Positions 62,923-64,000 of a DNA stretch of 64,000 bases are shown here, in pieces. Under the pieces are notes generated by a model. It did no database searches. It had not been told where the DNA came from and saw only the letters and a list, made by a program, of their open reading frames with translations. Positions within the stretch are counted from its first letter, which is position 1. Every line of letters starts with the position of its first letter. A program made the position numbers and the translations under genes. The stretch is from the human T2T-CHM13v2.0 reference genome, Homo sapiens. Where the stretch lies: the NCBI RefSeq assembly GCF_009914755.1, contig NC_060931.1. One strand, 5' to 3'.

Positions 62923-64000
62923 TTTGGTGCCGAAACACGGCACAGGAGGACTCCTTCAGGAGGCCAGCCCCTGTCCTCGCCCTCACTCCATGAGGAGATC
63001 CACCTATGACCTCGGGTCCTCAGACCAAGCAGCCCAAGGAACATCTCACCAATTTCAAATCGTGTAAGCGGTCTTTTCACTCTTCTTCAGCTTCTCTCAC
63101 TACTCTTCAATCTTCCTCTCTCGCTACCCTTCAATCTCCCTGTCCTCCCAATTCCAGTTCTTTTTCCTCTTTAGTAGAGACAAGGAGACACATATTATCT
63201 GTGGACCCAAAACTCCGGTGCCGGTCACAGACTTGGGAAGACAGTCTTCCCTTGGTGTTTAATCACTTTGGGGACACCTGCCTGATTATTTACCCACACT
63301 CCATTGGTGTTTGATCACTGTGGGGACACCTGCCTTGGTCATTCACCCACATTCCCTTGGTGGCAAGTCAATTGTGGGGACATCTGCTTTGGCTGCTCAC
63401 CCATATTGCAGCCCAGGGCTGCTCACCACCCCCTTCTCCATCTCTCTACCTTTCTCTTTAAACTTACCTCCTTCACTATGGGCAAACTTCTGCCCTCCAT
63501 TCCCCCTTCTTCTCCCTTAGCCTGTGTTCTCAAGAACTTAAAGCCTCTTCAACTCACACCTGACCTAAAACCTAAATGCCTTATTTTCTTCTGCAATACC
63601 ACTTGACCCCAATAAGAACTCAATAATGGTTCTAAATAGCCAGAAAATGGCACTTTTGATTTCTCCATTTTACAATATCTAGATAATTTTTGTTGAAAAA
63701 TGGGCAAATGGTCTGAGGTGCCTGGCGTACAGGCAGCCAGGCATTCTTTTACACATTGGTCCCTCCCTAGTCTCTGTTCCCAATGCGACTCGTCCCAAAT
63801 CTTTCTTCTTTCTCTCCTGTCTGTTCCTTCAGTCTCCACCCCAAGCTCTGAGTCCTGTGAATCCTCCTTTTCTACAGACCCATCTGACCTTTCCCCTCCT
63901 CCCCAGGCTGCTCCTTGCCAGGCCAAGCCAGGTCCCAACTCTTTTTCAGCCTCCGCTCCCTCACCCTATAACCCTTCTATTACCTCCCCTCCTCACACCC
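62923..64000 (+). mobile_element. HERV-H internal region: PBS, leader and degenerate gag (ATG 63478); runs off the window
   Basis: PBS tggtgccg... at 62925. gag reads MGKLLPSIPPSSPLACVLKNLKPLQLTPDLKPKCLIFFCNTT*PQ*ELNNGSK*PENGTFDFSILQYLDNFC*KMGKWSEVP. Confidence 0.92.

Noticed and set aside
63595-63700. APOBEC3 hypermutation of HERV-H gag
   Set aside because: Only two Trp-to-stop changes, in mixed contexts; the other stops fit CpG decay or random mutation.

Overview
Primate, most likely human, genomic DNA from an olfactory-receptor cluster. I recognise the intact OR as OR6V1, which would place the window at 7q34. It holds three OR loci. (1) OR6V1 is intact (9764-10705, +). (2) A convergent OR6-family gene (OR6W1P, 19907-21008, -) has a single disabling lesion: a 5'-truncated SVA insertion with a target-site duplication (TSD) in the N-terminal coding region; removing it restores a 315-aa ORF. 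(3) A degraded OR9-family pseudogene (4571-5010, -), absent from the ORF track, has lost roughly TM2 to extracellular loop 2. A cluster of homeodomain (Lhx2-type) and O/E (Ebf) motifs, including an adjacent composite, lies between the convergent ORs. The rest is mostly transposable elements: many Alus, MaLR LTRs, DNA transposon relics, two L1PB-like elements, a full-length L1PA3/4 with a ~410-bp 3' transduction, two 5'-inverted L1s, and an LTR7/HERV-H provirus nested in a MER4-group LTR at the right edge. I see no wholly new biological system; the best leads are retrotransposition events and OR regulation. Subfamily names and consensus comparisons come from recall, not from a database search.
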